Source: Perkinsus chesapeaki ATCC PRA-425 (lineage: Eukaryota; Protista; Perkinsozoa). From it: a stretch of DNA of 40,691 nucleotides. A program made the translations under genes and the position numbers. The notes under the pieces are model-generated. The model had not been told where the DNA came from. It did not search any database and saw only the letters and a program-made list of their open reading frames with translations. Location: assembly GCA_013115145.1 (NCBI GenBank), contig JAAPAO010000310.1:1-40691 (forward strand). Reading direction: 5' to 3'. Below, one piece after another: positions 21,901 to 34,330 of the stretch (position 1 is its first letter; every line of letters starts with the position of its first letter).

Positions 21901-24900
21901 CTGCCGATTCTAGCGAGTGCGAAATTGTATGTAAGAATGTGAACCCATTGGAAGGGAACTGTCACGTCGAATGTGCTGTTGAATTCGGCGACAATGAGCT
22001 CGTCGCGTCCGAGGAAGGATCAACAGCGTTGCTTGCTCTAGTCACTTCTGAGGTACGAAAGATATCGGTGTTCAAGTTGTAGTGCTTATCATTTAGCCTT
22101 CTTTGGCGTTTGCCTCGCTTACACCAGACGAACCATGTGAGATTCATACAAGACAGAAGGAGATCGGCAATGGTAAGTATTGCGCTGGACGTGAAACTGT
22201 CGTAAAATATTTTTCAGGTCAAACTGGACTCCATGTCGAGCACGTCACAAAAGATCTCTACGCTGTTTCCACAATAACCATGTCCCCCAGAGCGGCCGGG
22301 GAAAAGGAAAATATGTGAGCAGTTGTGGATCCGGGTAACTTGGCGATTCACGTCTTGATCAGAGCAACCAACGGATCGGTATCGAGCACCTCGTCTGTGG
22401 TAGCCTGGCGAAGCGCTGTTGTGTGTTTTTACTACTCGTGTTCAGCGTCTTGTGATCGGATCAAGTTTGAGGGAAGTTTGTGTAATACCAGCTGACGAAG
22501 TGGATAGTGGAGTTGACGAGGCATCCTCTATTGAGGTAAGATCTACTCATTTTGCACAAGTCGACATTTTCGTAAACTAACGTATAAATACGCTTATGAT
22601 AAGCAATCCAAATCAAGTGAATTGCTTCGGGTAACCCGAATCGAGTTTGAAGTGATCAAGTGCCGTAAGCGTTGCGGATCGCAAAGCTGAATGGCAACGC
22701 GAATCTTATGCTCATATAACTCTCGATACTGTTGGGAGGCAACACCAGCGAATGGACTGTTAATATTAATTTAGTTTTTCACGGGTTTTAACGTTCGCTT
22801 CATATGGGGTCACCTTTCAGGTTTCGTCCTTGGCGACCATTTCCGCCGATGATTCTGAAGACAGCGGCGTGGCGTAGGTCCGATTTTGTATGTTTGGTGA
22901 TTATTTCCGAGCTGATAGGTATCTTTGTGTCGGCTCGTGTGTGGTACCGGGGACGCCTGAACCACCTGAAGTTGATGAGTCGGAGCCATCTAAAGGATTT
23001 GTTAAGATCTACAAAGTTGATGTGAGCCCTCCAGGGAACGTTTAAATGTACCTGGTTTGTTTGTCAGCCAACGGCGATGCTCCGTGGGGAATCGGATGGC
23101 AGATTATGCGAACGTGTTGCCATCGCCGAAGTTGAGGGTGTTCCATATCAGATTGGAATGTTGAAAGACGCCAATGGCCGAAAGTTTCTCTTGTGTGAGT
23201 TGCCTTTATCTACTTCCTCAATCCTGCGTAAGAGGTTCCCTAACCCCACATAGGAATCATTCGACAACATATATGAAAGGTTGATTGTCTTTCCTCAATG
23301 CACTTTGTATAATCACATAGAGCGGTTCCCCAACGTTCGCCAGCTGTGGTAGATAGGGTGGTCTGACGCTTCCACCCATCTGTGGCCCTCAACTCATTGC
23401 TTCCCTAAAATGCTCTCATCGGCTTCTGTTACCAATTCCAGTAACTCGTCAAGCCCCACAGTTAAGCTCTTCTCGAAGCCTTAAAATGCTCCCGATACGC
23501 ATCCTGCGTCTCCACAGTATCGTGAACCAAGTTACCGACACTATTACAACTGTATAGCAGCCAGAATTTGTCTCCAGTGCTGCTCGCAAATAGAGGTTGC
23601 AGTGATACAGTACCATTTGACATGCAATCCGCCAAGTCGAGCTGAATGCGTTGTGGCACTTTCGAATCGAAATTGCCATTCGCCCTACGTCTACTGTGGC
23701 CCAGGGTCTTATGTGGTGAGATCTTGAGATATGTTGCCCTTTTCATGCTTGAGCTGCACTTGTGCGATATATGCCGCGGTCGAGACTCGTGACGTGTCTC
23801 CCGTCTCCCCTGCGTAATTGCCCAGTAGTGCAGCCCCCCCATATGTCTGCTTGGTCTTCATCATCCGCAGCCATCTCCTTCGGAGAAACGACTGACGATA
23901 CTGCTGCTGCTGCTGTTCACACCCTACTGAAATCTCTCGAGTCCATCATTGTCACTGCTGCTATAGCGCTCTCTGACTTGGGAAAAGACTCGAGCAACGA
24001 CCTTTGGCGGAAGCTCGCCGAAGCTTCACCTTCTCAAGGGCACAGCTCTGGTCGTCATAAAATATCGACGAATCCTCCGCTCCACCATCACTCGTGCAGC
24101 GTCTACAGTCTCTTCCGGGGGGGGCTCTACTCCATTCTCTCCCAGCTTTGACTCCTTCTCAGCCGCTGCTCCCTTGTCTAGAAGGAGACTTAGCTTCCTA
24201 CGTAGACCTCTACTTTACTCCACATCAAACTACTGCCTCAACAAATAGGGTGCTCCAGCCCTATCACACGTTGCTGTTGAGTAACTGAGCGCATGCCCTT
24301 TAATAGGAAATATTCGACTGGATATGTTTCTAAAGCGAAAGGGAACATCAAATGAGAGAATGCTAGAGATATTCAACCCTACTGATTGACTCGGATATTT
24401 CTTCTGGATTGTTGTAGAGGTCTTTTATATCGTATAATGCTATTCAGGTACTATTAATAACGTATTGGAGGTTTACGCTGTAGAGCGCGCTGCTGATGGA
24501 GATATGAGGCTTGGCTTAGTCACCAAACGACATCTGCACGTTGCATCCATCTTCATGCAGATTCAGGGGTGAGTGCAGCTTTTAGCAGAGTTAACTTCCA
24601 GAGCAATTCAGGAGCAACGTTGCAGTTGGCGACATGACCCGGGGGGTGTCTTTACTTCATTTTGACTCGAAGGTTTCAGCTATTACCGAACTTGGTAAGC
24701 TGCACTCTCGATCTCTTCTATCTTTTTCTGAATTTGTCTCTGAGTTATCTTATCGATGTGCGTTGGGCATAAGGTGCCGATAAGCTTCCTCTTGCCATCA
24801 TTATAAGGTCCATCCGTTCCAGCGACTGTTTCATTTATTTTCGGGTTTTCGGGTTTCACTTAGTCCATGGTGGCTAACTCCTTAAGCGTATATCCCTTCC

Positions 24901-26200
24901 AACAGGGAATACAGCTACGGTGTACCCTTAATCGAGGGTTTATATTTTCGCGGGTACGCGGATGGGCGATTAACCAGTTTTGTCGTGCACTATCTGCGCA
25001 CAACTGATGTGATCTTTATCAGCTCGATATGAATTCTCAATGTGGCCCACTGCATTACATTTCCTATCAACTGGAGAGATACTGGTGACGGATGATAAGA
25101 TGAATCTTTTTATGCTTGGAAAGTGAGTCACTCGAGCGTTATTGAAATTAGTTTGTTTGCCAGGCAAAAGGACATCGGCAGAAATGGGTCGAAGGAAGCA
25201 TTCTCTCTCCAGGTTTGTCTTTCGTGCATGAAATTCTTTATACGTTCTGTGTGTCAGACTATGAGTCAATTCCATCTTGGACTCACAGTCAACTCTATCA
25301 AATCTGGTAGCATAAAGCCTTCAATATCGAGCAACAGTGCAATAAATCGAGAGCAGGTGGGTTGGTATTGAAATAATCGTATATGCTCGTGCGCACACGC
25401 ACTTCGAGATGGGTACCGAAAAATCTTGTCCGTAATGTAATGCTTGTCCCCGTGTTGGGATATATTAAATGCGGTTGCGCACATATGTTAGCAAAGATAA
25501 TAGGAAAGGAAAGATAAATCTTGTTAGGAAAGATAGATTTACAGAATTCCGGTAGAATCGTGCATTTTTCAACGGCATCGATTTGTCATTTCGATTTGGT
25601 GAGTAATTTCCCATGCCCAACAGAGGTGGGACTCCCCCCGTGGGAGATAGTTTTGCACTGGGGCCTTTCTGGCAGGGTAGTTTATATTGACGAGAGGCAC
25701 CACAAGCGCTGGTGACTGAAAACAGGCAAGCCCACAAATCCTCGACTGTTTTCAGTACCTAATTTGTTCTACTGAGGGTGCACTGGTCATGCTAACTTGC
25801 CTGGACACGTCTCTTGACATGGCACGTCTATTGCAGATTCAACATGCCATTGAGATTAACATTAACAAACAAAGTAAGAGAGCGCTGGTGCGCGGAGGAC
25901 TCTTGGGTTAGGCCAAGTAGGTCCTCAGTCCGACGCTCGACTCGACTGGAGGGCTTATCGCTCGATCGACTCGAACCTGATCAGAAGCACTGTGGAACCC
26001 TCTGGGTTTATCGACGGTGATTTACTGCAGCTTTTCTTAGTAACAGAAGATGATGATGATGATATTGCTGTAAGTTATCTTGGTTGTGATATGGTTGTGT
26101 AGTTTTGACGCAGGTGAGGGCGGCTAATACCCTTAATGACGGTACGACCGGCGATGCACTAAAGAAGGAAGTTGAAGAAGTTGTTGAGGCATTCGCATAA
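12968..26200 (+). CDS. DDB1: DNA damage-binding protein 1 homologue (DDB1/CPSF160/SF3B3 triple beta-propeller family), about 30 or more exons
   Basis: Exons include 12968-13156, 13750-13812, 13861-13940, 13982-14090, 14137-14211, 14626-14727, 15031-15087, 15926-16009, 16050-16140, 18102-18215, 18473-18572, 19067-19174, 25929-26069, 26114-26200. Motifs occur in DDB1 order: FYVSTLQPATAV...YLVVARITER|IQIF, VHLFRGQLFVL, AIDMCFL, LDGRLIFVASDCGD, LSPIIDF, LAIGLW, VPRSV...ILCGFDDGRLFIF, YLCVGS...EPSKGFVKIY, VAVGDMTRGVSLL, FHLGLTVNSIKSGS, WRAYRS...PSGFIDGDLLQLFL. Some exons at 16600-18060 and 24750-25900 are unresolved. Confidence 0.88.
18629..19054 (-). CDS. Putative antisense nested ORF in DDB1 intron 18573-19066 (one in-frame TGA, or a 30-nt intron)
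   Basis: ATG at 19054, 142 codons to TAA at 18629, single internal TGA at 18928-18926 that lies inside a possible in-frame GT...AG intron (gttatgcatgacgtactatataccacacag). No recognised homology. Confidence 0.35.
19201..19909. repeat. Satellite of CTCTAGTATA (10 nt) mixed with CTCTATA (7 nt), in DDB1 intron 19175-20117; contains two assembly gaps
   Basis: Directly visible; N runs at 19391-19485 and 19568-19664, so true length unknown. Confidence 0.95.
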
Positions 26201-26840
26201 ACATTGACTTTCTCAAAATATTTGTTTCATATTGTGATTTGGTTGATTCTCAGTCGGACAATAAATAACAAACTGATATGACTTATCTTTACTTGTCTGT
26301 AGTGGAGCCTTTCCTTATAAGTTTCCTGGCTCTACTATTGTTTAACCTACTGGGTGCTGCTCGTATTTTGCTCTTTTGGTTTTTCACTCGCCACGCCTAA
26401 CCTGAAGTCTCAGATCGGTCTGGAATGTAGTACTCTGATCGATCACCCAACATCGGTGCTCCGGCTAAGCTAGGTTACCACGGTGATTTAGAAACCGAGC
26501 AATTGTGACAATTAAATTGTCATTGATAGCTCTCCCCTGGCTCTTAATAGTTCAAAACTCTGGAGCTCCAAGTTGATGTGTGATATTATTTCGACCGACA
26601 AATGTCTGCATTACTCCGATAGGTCTCGTTTTATTTTCATCTACAGTCGATATGCGGCTAACTCAATCAACTCAACATGCTCTCATTACCATTATAAGCC
26701 GACAATTGACTGAGATAATATAGGACGGCTCTGAAGTGAGCGTCACGACAGATAGTCGAATAACGCAGAACTGACCATCTGACCTCCTACGACGACAGCA
26801 TAGTATGCCTACTGACTCATACCCTTGCGTGATACTGATA

Positions 26841-27341
26841 TCAGCAAATGCACGCATGATATGTGCATTGTAGGAGGCTAAGGCCCTCTTGCTTGTCCAT
26901 TATGATTTGTTTGTCTCCGATCTCTGTGTCCAGAGTAAGCGAGCCTATGTCAGCGGTGAATTTCCCTAGATCCCCCGGATGGAGCGGTCTGCTCGCATAG
27001 GCGGGAAATACCCTAACGAACTGCTTCAACATATCCTTGTAGTCGTCTGAGTCTAGAGCAAGAGATAATTTAGTTTCCCATTCACCTTGACCAGTCACCC
27101 TAAAATTGAAGATGTGGTCATATGGTCTAACGGTTTGGCCGCAGGTGAACGTAATATGCATAGTCTCACCCGGAGAGCTGATAACAACTCTGATGTTTAT
27201 GTAAGGCTTGCTCACGGTGTAGACGTATGTCCCATCATAAGGCTGAGGAGGAGCAAGTTGTCTAGCGGATTTATATTCGTTAAAGGCATAAGCAGGAGCA
27301 AGAATGGAACCCATAACCATGAAGATGGCGAATAGAGTCAT
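26841..27341 (-). CDS. Secreted-protein family A copy 4 (166 aa from ATG 27341, intronless, intact)
   Basis: MTLFAIFMVMGSILAPAYA signal-like start; PYDGTYVY, TFTCG, LDSDDYKDML, GDLGKF motifs shared with copies at 2861 and 5594. Confidence 0.85.
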   Translation of the reverse strand: MTLFAIFMVMGSILAPAYAFNEYKSARQLAPPQPYDGTYVYTVSKPYINIRVVISSPGETMHITFTCGQTVRPYDHIFNFRVTGQGEWETKLSLALDSDDYKDMLKQFVRVFPAYASRPLHPGDLGKFTADIGSLTLDTEIGDKQIIMDKQEGLSLLQCTYHACIC

Positions 27342-28018
27342 TCGAGTGTACGAAAGTTGAGAACCTGGCAAATAACTAGCCAAAAGTACGATTCCCCATC
27401 TGCCCAGCTGCAGTCAATCCGAATAGAAGCTCACTCTATTTGAAGTACTGATAAAGAACCATTTCTGATGTTGGAGTCCTGGCGGCCCCATGATTTTCCT
27501 GAGCCTCTGCTTCGCCTTGTGCACGCGTGTGAGGCCTGAGTCGTGTTGTGAGCCGTGTTGCCCATCAGAAGTTCCATGCGATGGCACTGGAACAAGCGGA
27601 ATAAGCGTAAGAGAGCAATTATGTTTATCCCTCCTTGTGCTTTATACCACTTCAGTGCAAAGTTCCCGCGCTCTATCCATTACGAGAATGCATTCACTCT
27701 AAGACAGCCACGGTCACGAGCGGTGTCTCTCAAGTACATTGGTCACCACGGTAAACTACAATGTGTTAGTATTTGCTGGGAAAGTGGGTAAGAGGATACC
27801 TCGCGTCTACATGGCCAAACTAGAGTGAAACCTCGACAACTGTAGCTATTGGAGAACGGGAATCGATTGGTGTAACTTGTGTAGTCCGTGAGCCCATCGC
27901 GATGGGTGTCACATGGGCTCCCGAAAGGCTGCAGCGCTCCATTCGCTGGTACTGCGGCACTTTGGCGGTGTCAATTGATGAACTAAGACAGCCAACATCA
28001 CAATGAACTCTGAAGAAT

Positions 28019-28344
28019 AACACAACAAAGGAGCTTGAGCCAGAATACCAATACTACGACCCTGGGACAATAGATATAAGCGCACTACCTGCACTTACGT
28101 TTTTGCACCAATCTATGTGTACGCAAACACAGTTTCTCATGGGACATAACAGGTTGTGCGAGAATCAGTAGCATAGAAAGATAGTAATCAATCTGGACCC
28201 TCAACGCTATATAACCCTTTTGGTCGGTTATTGCTATACGTGAGACAGTTGTAGTTTCTATATAATTCACTTTCTCCAGGAGAAAGTTAAACTTGTCCCA
28301 GGGTCGTAGTATTGGTATTCAGGGTCAAGCTCCTTTGTTGTGTT
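28019..28344. mobile_element. MITE-like or foldback element: 52-bp inverted repeats around a 222-nt spacer
   Basis: 28019-28070 vs reverse complement of 28293-28344 match at 50/52 nt; no target-site duplication recognised. Confidence 0.5.
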
Positions 28345-28684
28345 TTCTTTAATCTTGAAATGCTTGACTTGTTAGTATCCGTTCCGGGCCTTGGAGTTTC
28401 CTATAAATGGAACCCTTCGACTTCGTTCCATTGTGGAGGATCAGGACTACGTCATCTCTTAATGTGAGTAACATGGAAGGCTCGAGCCCAGGAACACAAT
28501 CCAGTCTCCGGACTTGGGTAGAACACATGTCGCACATGTGAACACATTAACACACTGCCCCCCGAAAGGCAATTTCAATGTGAATCGAAAATCAGTCTTT
28601 GGGAATATGCGTGAGAACTTCTCGCTGAGAAGGATTGAAGAGCTTTGAATTTCATAAAGGCTTCCGCGCCAATATTTTTCCCAG

Positions 28685-29500
28685 ATGATGGGGAGGATTG
28701 AAAAGGCGCGAGTAGACTCATACAAACAAGATCGTATTCTTGTGTCGATTGAAGAGGAAGTTAAGAAACTACGGAAGACGGTAAGGAATCGGCTTTAAGC
28801 TGTTCGTCGAGGCTAGGGTGTGTCTCCTTCCTCGGTGTGTCCCCTCCTTTTTCGTCTTGGGGATGCTTGCCGATATTCTTGATCTTGAAGATGTTTCTCG
28901 ATCTTTTAGGATTAGGCTTTAATCAATGCCTGATCTTTAGTTTCCAGATCCATGGTTGAGGTAACCTCTTATGACTGAGATGAGAGCCTATCCTACATGC
29001 CACCGTTTCACCGCCTTGGGAGCCATTGCCCGACAGAGCTTCGTGCAGTCGCGTCTTCGGGTTTTAGGTAGGTACGTGAAAGGCTCGTACCGATAGCGCC
29101 TATCACTCCGTAAACTGCAAAAGTCCATCGATCAATCGGAAACTTCGAAACTTTATTAATCTACACTAGCTCGTCGGAGGCTACAAATGTATGACTCAGT
29201 GATTGAATGTTATAGGTAAATATTCTCGAAGAGCTGGCGGCTACCTCAGTGGACGTCCTCAGAGAGGGCATAGCAGAGTCGGTGGTAGGTTTGCAGCCAT
29301 CACCGCTGCGGATATTTGATTAGGAGTCCGTCTCAGTGAGATATTCCCAAGCCGAAGCACATCTGATGAGTGAGCCTCTCTCATGGATCGGGGGAGGAAG
29401 GCTAGATCGCGAGCTTCTCCTCGTGGCTGAGAAGATACAAGACCTGAACCGTCGCCTAGGGAAGATCGAGTCCATCCTTTCCGAGCATTTGCACTAGCTA
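28685..29500 (+). CDS. Probable exons of a hypothetical, possibly coiled-coil, multi-exon gene
   Basis: Exon 28685-28780 (cag|MMGRIEKARVDSYKQDRILVSIEEEVKKLRKT|gtaag); later pieces VNILEELAATSVDVLREGIAESV and DRELLLVAEKIQDLNRRLGKIESILSEHLH*. Full model not resolved; may extend either way. Confidence 0.35.
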
Positions 29501-30067
29501 TCATTTTCTTGCGTTTAATACAATGACTGACATGGCGTAATGTTGCTGTTGGTAACATCCTAATTGTTGTATAGAATGGATTGCCAGCCATCAACAAGGT
29601 TGACTCTTCTACGTATATTAGCTTTGCAAAAACTGCTCGGTGATGGAGCTATCTGCATGGCTTCGGCGGTCTGGGAGTTCTGTCGGTATCAAATCATTCC
29701 TGATATCATAGTTACTCGCCATACTGATCTGCCAGCTAAAACCACGGGCAGAACCATTGCTGCGGGACACGGCAACGAACTTTTACTCGCGTATATGGAC
29801 ACAGAAGGGTAAGTCGGCGAACGCCGCGTTCAGCTCTGAATAAGACCTCTACTCGCCGCTGTGGGGAAGGATGAACTTACCACTGTTATATAATGTCTAT
29901 CGATAACGTACCTAATTTATATATTTCCAAGCTTAGTTTCAGGGGACAGAACTACACGATAGGTAGCACACATGTTCGACTTCAAGGCCTTATACGGCTC
30001 AGCTCGGCGTAGGTTTTCGTCTAACGTTATATAATCGTACTTCAGCCACTCGTAATAGATCCTATCA

Positions 30068-30847
30068 ATGCTATTCAGATATCATCTGGTGGACACCATC
30101 TGCCTCGAGTCATTAGAACAGAAGTCAGAATTCCGTGGTAGCAACCGATGGGATTGTTGGATGGCAAAGACGATGTGCGCCGTCGGTGATCGAATATGCT
30201 TCTATCGAGAACCCGGCTCTGGCGTTTATTCCTACGTTCGGAAGTCGGGATTCATGGACTTTGTCAACCCTGGTTCATTATTTCCTGTTCGGCATACAAT
30301 GTTAATGAGAGCCTGGAATAATACCGCTTATGCTTATGAGGGCAAACAACATTCACTGTGGCGTATCAATCCGTTCAATCATGACATAAAACTGGCCTAC
30401 AAACTCGCGATGTCTACTCCTCGTCGGAAAGAGCAACATGATCCACATATATTGGATTTTCAGGAGATGTGTGCAGTATGCGACGACGCTATTGTCGCTC
30501 TGGACTTATACGGTCAGCTCTATGAACTCCCTTCAATGGCACGAATCGAGTTGATATGGACAGTAAAATGTCCAGTAACGCAAAGCATGCGTCTGTTGGA
30601 TATATCTTGGTCGTTAACTGCTGAGGCGCTAGTGGGCATAGCACAACCAGAAGAAGTGGTACTCGTCATGAGGCTCGACCTCGACTTGAGAAAAGCATTT
30701 GTCGTTCAAGCGAAGTCTCTGGCTGTCGTTCACGAGCGGCGGAGACCTCAGAAAGCAAACTCGACATTTTCGAACGTCGTGTGTGTGGGTGGCTGTGCGT
30801 ACTTTTGTGGTCGAAGTGCAGATGAAATAATCGAGATAGCTATATAA
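30068..30847 (+). CDS. Intronless hypothetical protein (259 aa), beta-rich and possibly propeller-like; N-terminus uncertain
   Basis: Long open frame with protein-like composition; an in-frame ATG at 29972 is separated from it by three stops, suggesting a decayed or spliced 5' end. Confidence 0.55.
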   Translation: MLFRYHLVDTICLESLEQKSEFRGSNRWDCWMAKTMCAVGDRICFYREPGSGVYSYVRKSGFMDFVNPGSLFPVRHTMLMRAWNNTAYAYEGKQHSLWRINPFNHDIKLAYKLAMSTPRRKEQHDPHILDFQEMCAVCDDAIVALDLYGQLYELPSMARIELIWTVKCPVTQSMRLLDISWSLTAEALVGIAQPEEVVLVMRLDLDLRKAFVVQAKSLAVVHERRRPQKANSTFSNVVCVGGCAYFCGRSADEIIEIAI

Positions 30848-31251
30848 CCCGTATCATTCAAGAATGCCTTCTATCATTACAACTCAAGTCGATATTACTT
30901 ACGACTCACCGTTTACTGTGAATAACACGAGAGTATTCGTTCTGGTGCAAATAGCCGACCGTGTTTGTTGTGAAGCTTTGCCACAAAAGGCATTGAGCTC
31001 CAATAATAATACGTTCCGGGCGTTTAATAATTAGATCTTGAAATAGTGTATTAATAGACATGTCTGGATACATCGTATATTATTCACGAACCATAAACGT
31101 CACATCGTTGCTCGTCCGCGACCGCCGCGCCGCGGTTCATTCGAACGCATGCGTGCTGAACAGTGTACCGTACGCCGTGAACGCATACACAAGCATGTTG
31201 TGTCTCACAGCACTGGCCTTAGTTGATATTTGTTAGCCTCCCGCAAATTTA

Positions 31252-32304
31252 ATGTTACAACTACCGTCACATGTTCAAGCTCTTCGTTGTATGGGTATTG
31301 GCAGACTCTGGGATGGTGATCATGGTAGAGAGGCGATGCCTCATCTGATGGGATATATTATGGAATATTGTCGCAAACCAACTATAACCCTGGATTGCCC
31401 TAAAGAAGATATACTTCTTGATCACACATTCTGCGAGTCATTCTTCTTCAACGATAATGGTAATCTTTACTCTGTCCTTAAAAGAGGAAGAGAGATCATG
31501 TTGAGGTGTATAAGTGCGTCATCCTGTTGCTCTGTCCCCCCTCCCGTCAACATCCCTCTATGTTTTAATGCTACCGAGGCCCCTTGGACTTGCTTTTATG
31601 AAGATAGGTCCAGGCTTCTCTATATATTGTATAATCGCTCTGTTCTACTCAAGTACGATATGAAAGCTCAGAAGGGTGGGACGTCCATCCACTTTCCGCA
31701 TGTACCTCGTAGTAGCCTTAATAATAACCAGTCTGGTACCGGTAAAAAAGGTCCAACTATTATGGTGGTTGGCAGCTCCTTCTACATTGGAATCGTGAGT
31801 AGACATGAGAGTCTAGGTCATTCAGCAGTTCGATATCATTTTAACATATTCTGTGCGAAGTTGACGAGAACCAGTGAGATGAGACTGATATTCAGCGATA
31901 GCCTAGTGAGCCCGATCCACGTTCATGACCCCAGTTCCTTATTGACATTCCTATATTCTTCTCCACACGGCATCGCTATACGCTATACCTCCGATCATAC
32001 TATGCATACAGTAACACTCGAAATGTTGAGGACAGAGAACCCTGTGCTGTTCAGCGAGAAGAGAGAAGAGACGTTGCAAAGGTGCGCATTCTCGCAGAGA
32101 ACTGGATTACACATCCCTAACGACAGTCCCTATTATACTTTGTATCATCCGCTCACACTTAAAAGGAGGGCAACTCTACATCGCGGTGAAGAGACACTAC
32201 CAGCAGGGTCGATGGTCTCATGTGATCGCTGGACAATTTGGCACACTAAGAACATGAACGCTGGGGGCACGTATCTGAGGCGGTATCATCCGTATGTGTT
32301 GTAG
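31252..32304 (+). CDS. Intronless hypothetical protein (350 aa), short helical N-terminus then beta-rich, possibly propeller-like body
   Basis: Longest ORF in the window, ATG start; N-terminal LMGYIMEYCRKPTITL resembles leader motifs I recall from expanded Perkinsus hypothetical families (not verified). Confidence 0.75.
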   Translation: MLQLPSHVQALRCMGIGRLWDGDHGREAMPHLMGYIMEYCRKPTITLDCPKEDILLDHTFCESFFFNDNGNLYSVLKRGREIMLRCISASSCCSVPPPVNIPLCFNATEAPWTCFYEDRSRLLYILYNRSVLLKYDMKAQKGGTSIHFPHVPRSSLNNNQSGTGKKGPTIMVVGSSFYIGIVSRHESLGHSAVRYHFNIFCAKLTRTSEMRLIFSDSLVSPIHVHDPSSLLTFLYSSPHGIAIRYTSDHTMHTVTLEMLRTENPVLFSEKREETLQRCAFSQRTGLHIPNDSPYYTLYHPLTLKRRATLHRGEETLPAGSMVSCDRWTIWHTKNMNAGGTYLRRYHPYVL

Positions 32305-32567
32305 TGGTCAGCTATCTTTAGTACATTCCTATTAGACTGTAGAAGGAGTGACTTTCTAACACCGTAGTTCCAAAGGCGTTGTGTTTCTACTACCAGTCTA
32401 GTTTGTGGTGGTCCGAATTCATATAGTTCTACTGTGGAACAAAGGGCTGTACGATAATGAAAGCACGGTACCGTCGAACGCGTTCCAAGCAAGCATCAGA
32501 GCCAGGCTGACTCAGTCAGCTCGGAGACTCGGATGTATCTCAAGTTTACGACTGTGGCTTCGCAAAC

Positions 32568-34046
32568 ATGTCTATCGCACCTTCGATTCGAGGCTCTAAA
32601 AGACGGTTGAGTAATTTGCAAAACGACGACAGTTAAAACTTTAACGTCCGGGTGGAGTGTGATACGATAACTTAGGTGCGCTCTTCAGAGAACATGTCAA
32701 CAGCCGGATAATCGAGCTCAAAGGATCAACAGACTTTAATCTCCAGCCAAACGAGATCGTCCAAATAGCTATCCTAGAGTGGCAGACCTACAAGTATGAC
32801 GTGTACGCGTTGTAGGGCGCTTAGCGGTTTTCAGAGCATCCGAGCCGCCTACTAAGCAACGGTGCGTAAAAGAATCGAACCGGAAAGGTACCGAGAAATT
32901 GAGGATATCCCGCCGTAGTTCTTTTCATCAAGGCCGTTCTTCTCTCATCGCCTTCATCGCGGGGAAATATGAGGCATACGAGAGCCAAGGGCTGCTGGAA
33001 GACCTGACGATTACCGATGCGACCCATTGCGCATTGTGGGAATGGCAGATGGCACGAAACTACGTACGAAGCAGCAAGCGTGTCGCAACTCGACCACGGT
33101 GACATTATCGTAGAATGCTGTTGAATCTGAGAAGGTATTTAACACAGTGGACGGGGAGAGCACAGTGTACCAGCTCGATTGAAAATTCTGGATGCCCCAT
33201 ATCTGCGTATCAGCTCGGGGAGCTCGAACATGTCGGACAAGGCTGAGGGTGGGTCATCTCACGAGGGGGGAGCCTCCTCTGATGAGGCTGTACTTGACAT
33301 ACGCCCGATAATAGAGCAGGAAGATGATCAAACGGTAAGATTAGTCAACCGCAGGAAAACATTCATTGAGTTTTCTCGCAAATGCCTACGTTATGGCCCG
33401 TAGGATATGAGGCATAGTTATTGGGGTATGGACAATAAGCTACTGCAATCCATCAATGGCACGGACAAATGTCTCCAGAAAGAATCGGACCAATTAGAAA
33501 AGCATTATCCTCGACCACCATTAGAATATGTCGGAGCAATGCTCCGGGAGCATATCTTCTATGAGACTTCCTATCATACCTTCACAATAATACTGTTTAT
33601 TCGCACTCGAGATCGTCTCTCAAGAGAACTGATGTCTTCTATTGCGTTGTGTTTTCACAGCAAGTTACTTCTCACGCTTCTCATTTACTCCTTGGCTGCA
33701 GGGGCCTCGAGGTTGCTGTCACATGTTTCAGGCCCTCAGCTCCGAGCACCTAGGGGATACATCCTCCAGATGCACCAAGTGGACAGTAGGCATTTATTCA
33801 CCTCCACCAGTCTAATGACTTCCAAGAACTCGAGTCCCGCTAGTATGTGCTCCCGAATTCAGGCCGATGAAGAAAAAGAATTATTAAGGGCGCATGATAT
33901 TTACGGCGAGGATTTCGAGGCCGCGCTAGAGTCTGGTCAGTTCAAGTAGGTCTTCCCATCACCTTCTCACACTTCGTGAATGACCTTCTAGATTCTCGGT
34001 TGGACGAACTGCAGTATCATTGAAGAGGAAATACCGCCGGCTATAA
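32568..34046 (+). CDS. Multi-exon gene with C-terminal Myb/SANT (telobox-like) domain
   Basis: Last two exons 33844-33945 and 33992-34046 join to ADEEKELLRAHDIYGEDFEAALESGQFKFSVGRTAVSLKRKYRRL*, matching the TRF-type pattern EE..L......G......F...RT.V.LK.KW..L. Upstream exons (from ATG 32568) have good splice sites but several junctions are tentative. Confidence 0.55.
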
Positions 34047-34086
34047 ACGAGGCTCGGAGGCTGCTTGAAAGCTCTGGAAAGACGGC

Positions 34087-34330
34087 TCATTGACTGCGAT
34101 TCGCCAATATTCTGTTCTTCGTTCTCATGGCCATAATGCTGAGGGCGTCTCGTACTTTCCGAACCCTCTTTGTCATGTTGAGTTCTGAACAGGGGAACTT
34201 CAAGTTGCCTTTATTCCACTGAGGTTGGCTTATTCGGCCCAGGACGGAATCCAATCCTTTACTATATGTCCCCAAGTTGCCAGCTAAAAAACAATACACA
34301 TGACGGAGCACGAGTCGATAAAGAAAACAC
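34087..34330 (-). CDS. Possible terminal exon(s) of a convergent hypothetical gene
   Basis: Pyrimidine-rich acceptor ttttttag then GNLGTYSKGLDSVLGRISQPQWNKGNLKFPCSELNMTKRVRKVRDALSIMAMRTKNRILANRSQ*; upstream exons not established. Confidence 0.3.

Noticed and set aside
28459-28725. Minus-strand ORF faintly like an aspartic-protease C-terminus
   Set aside because: No catalytic DTG motif, and it overlaps a better-supported plus-strand exon at 28685-28780.
29364-29400. Hammerhead ribozyme core CTGATGAG (also checked 33284 and minus-strand hits at 7891, 13855, 15503)
   Set aside because: No downstream GAAA with the required stems.
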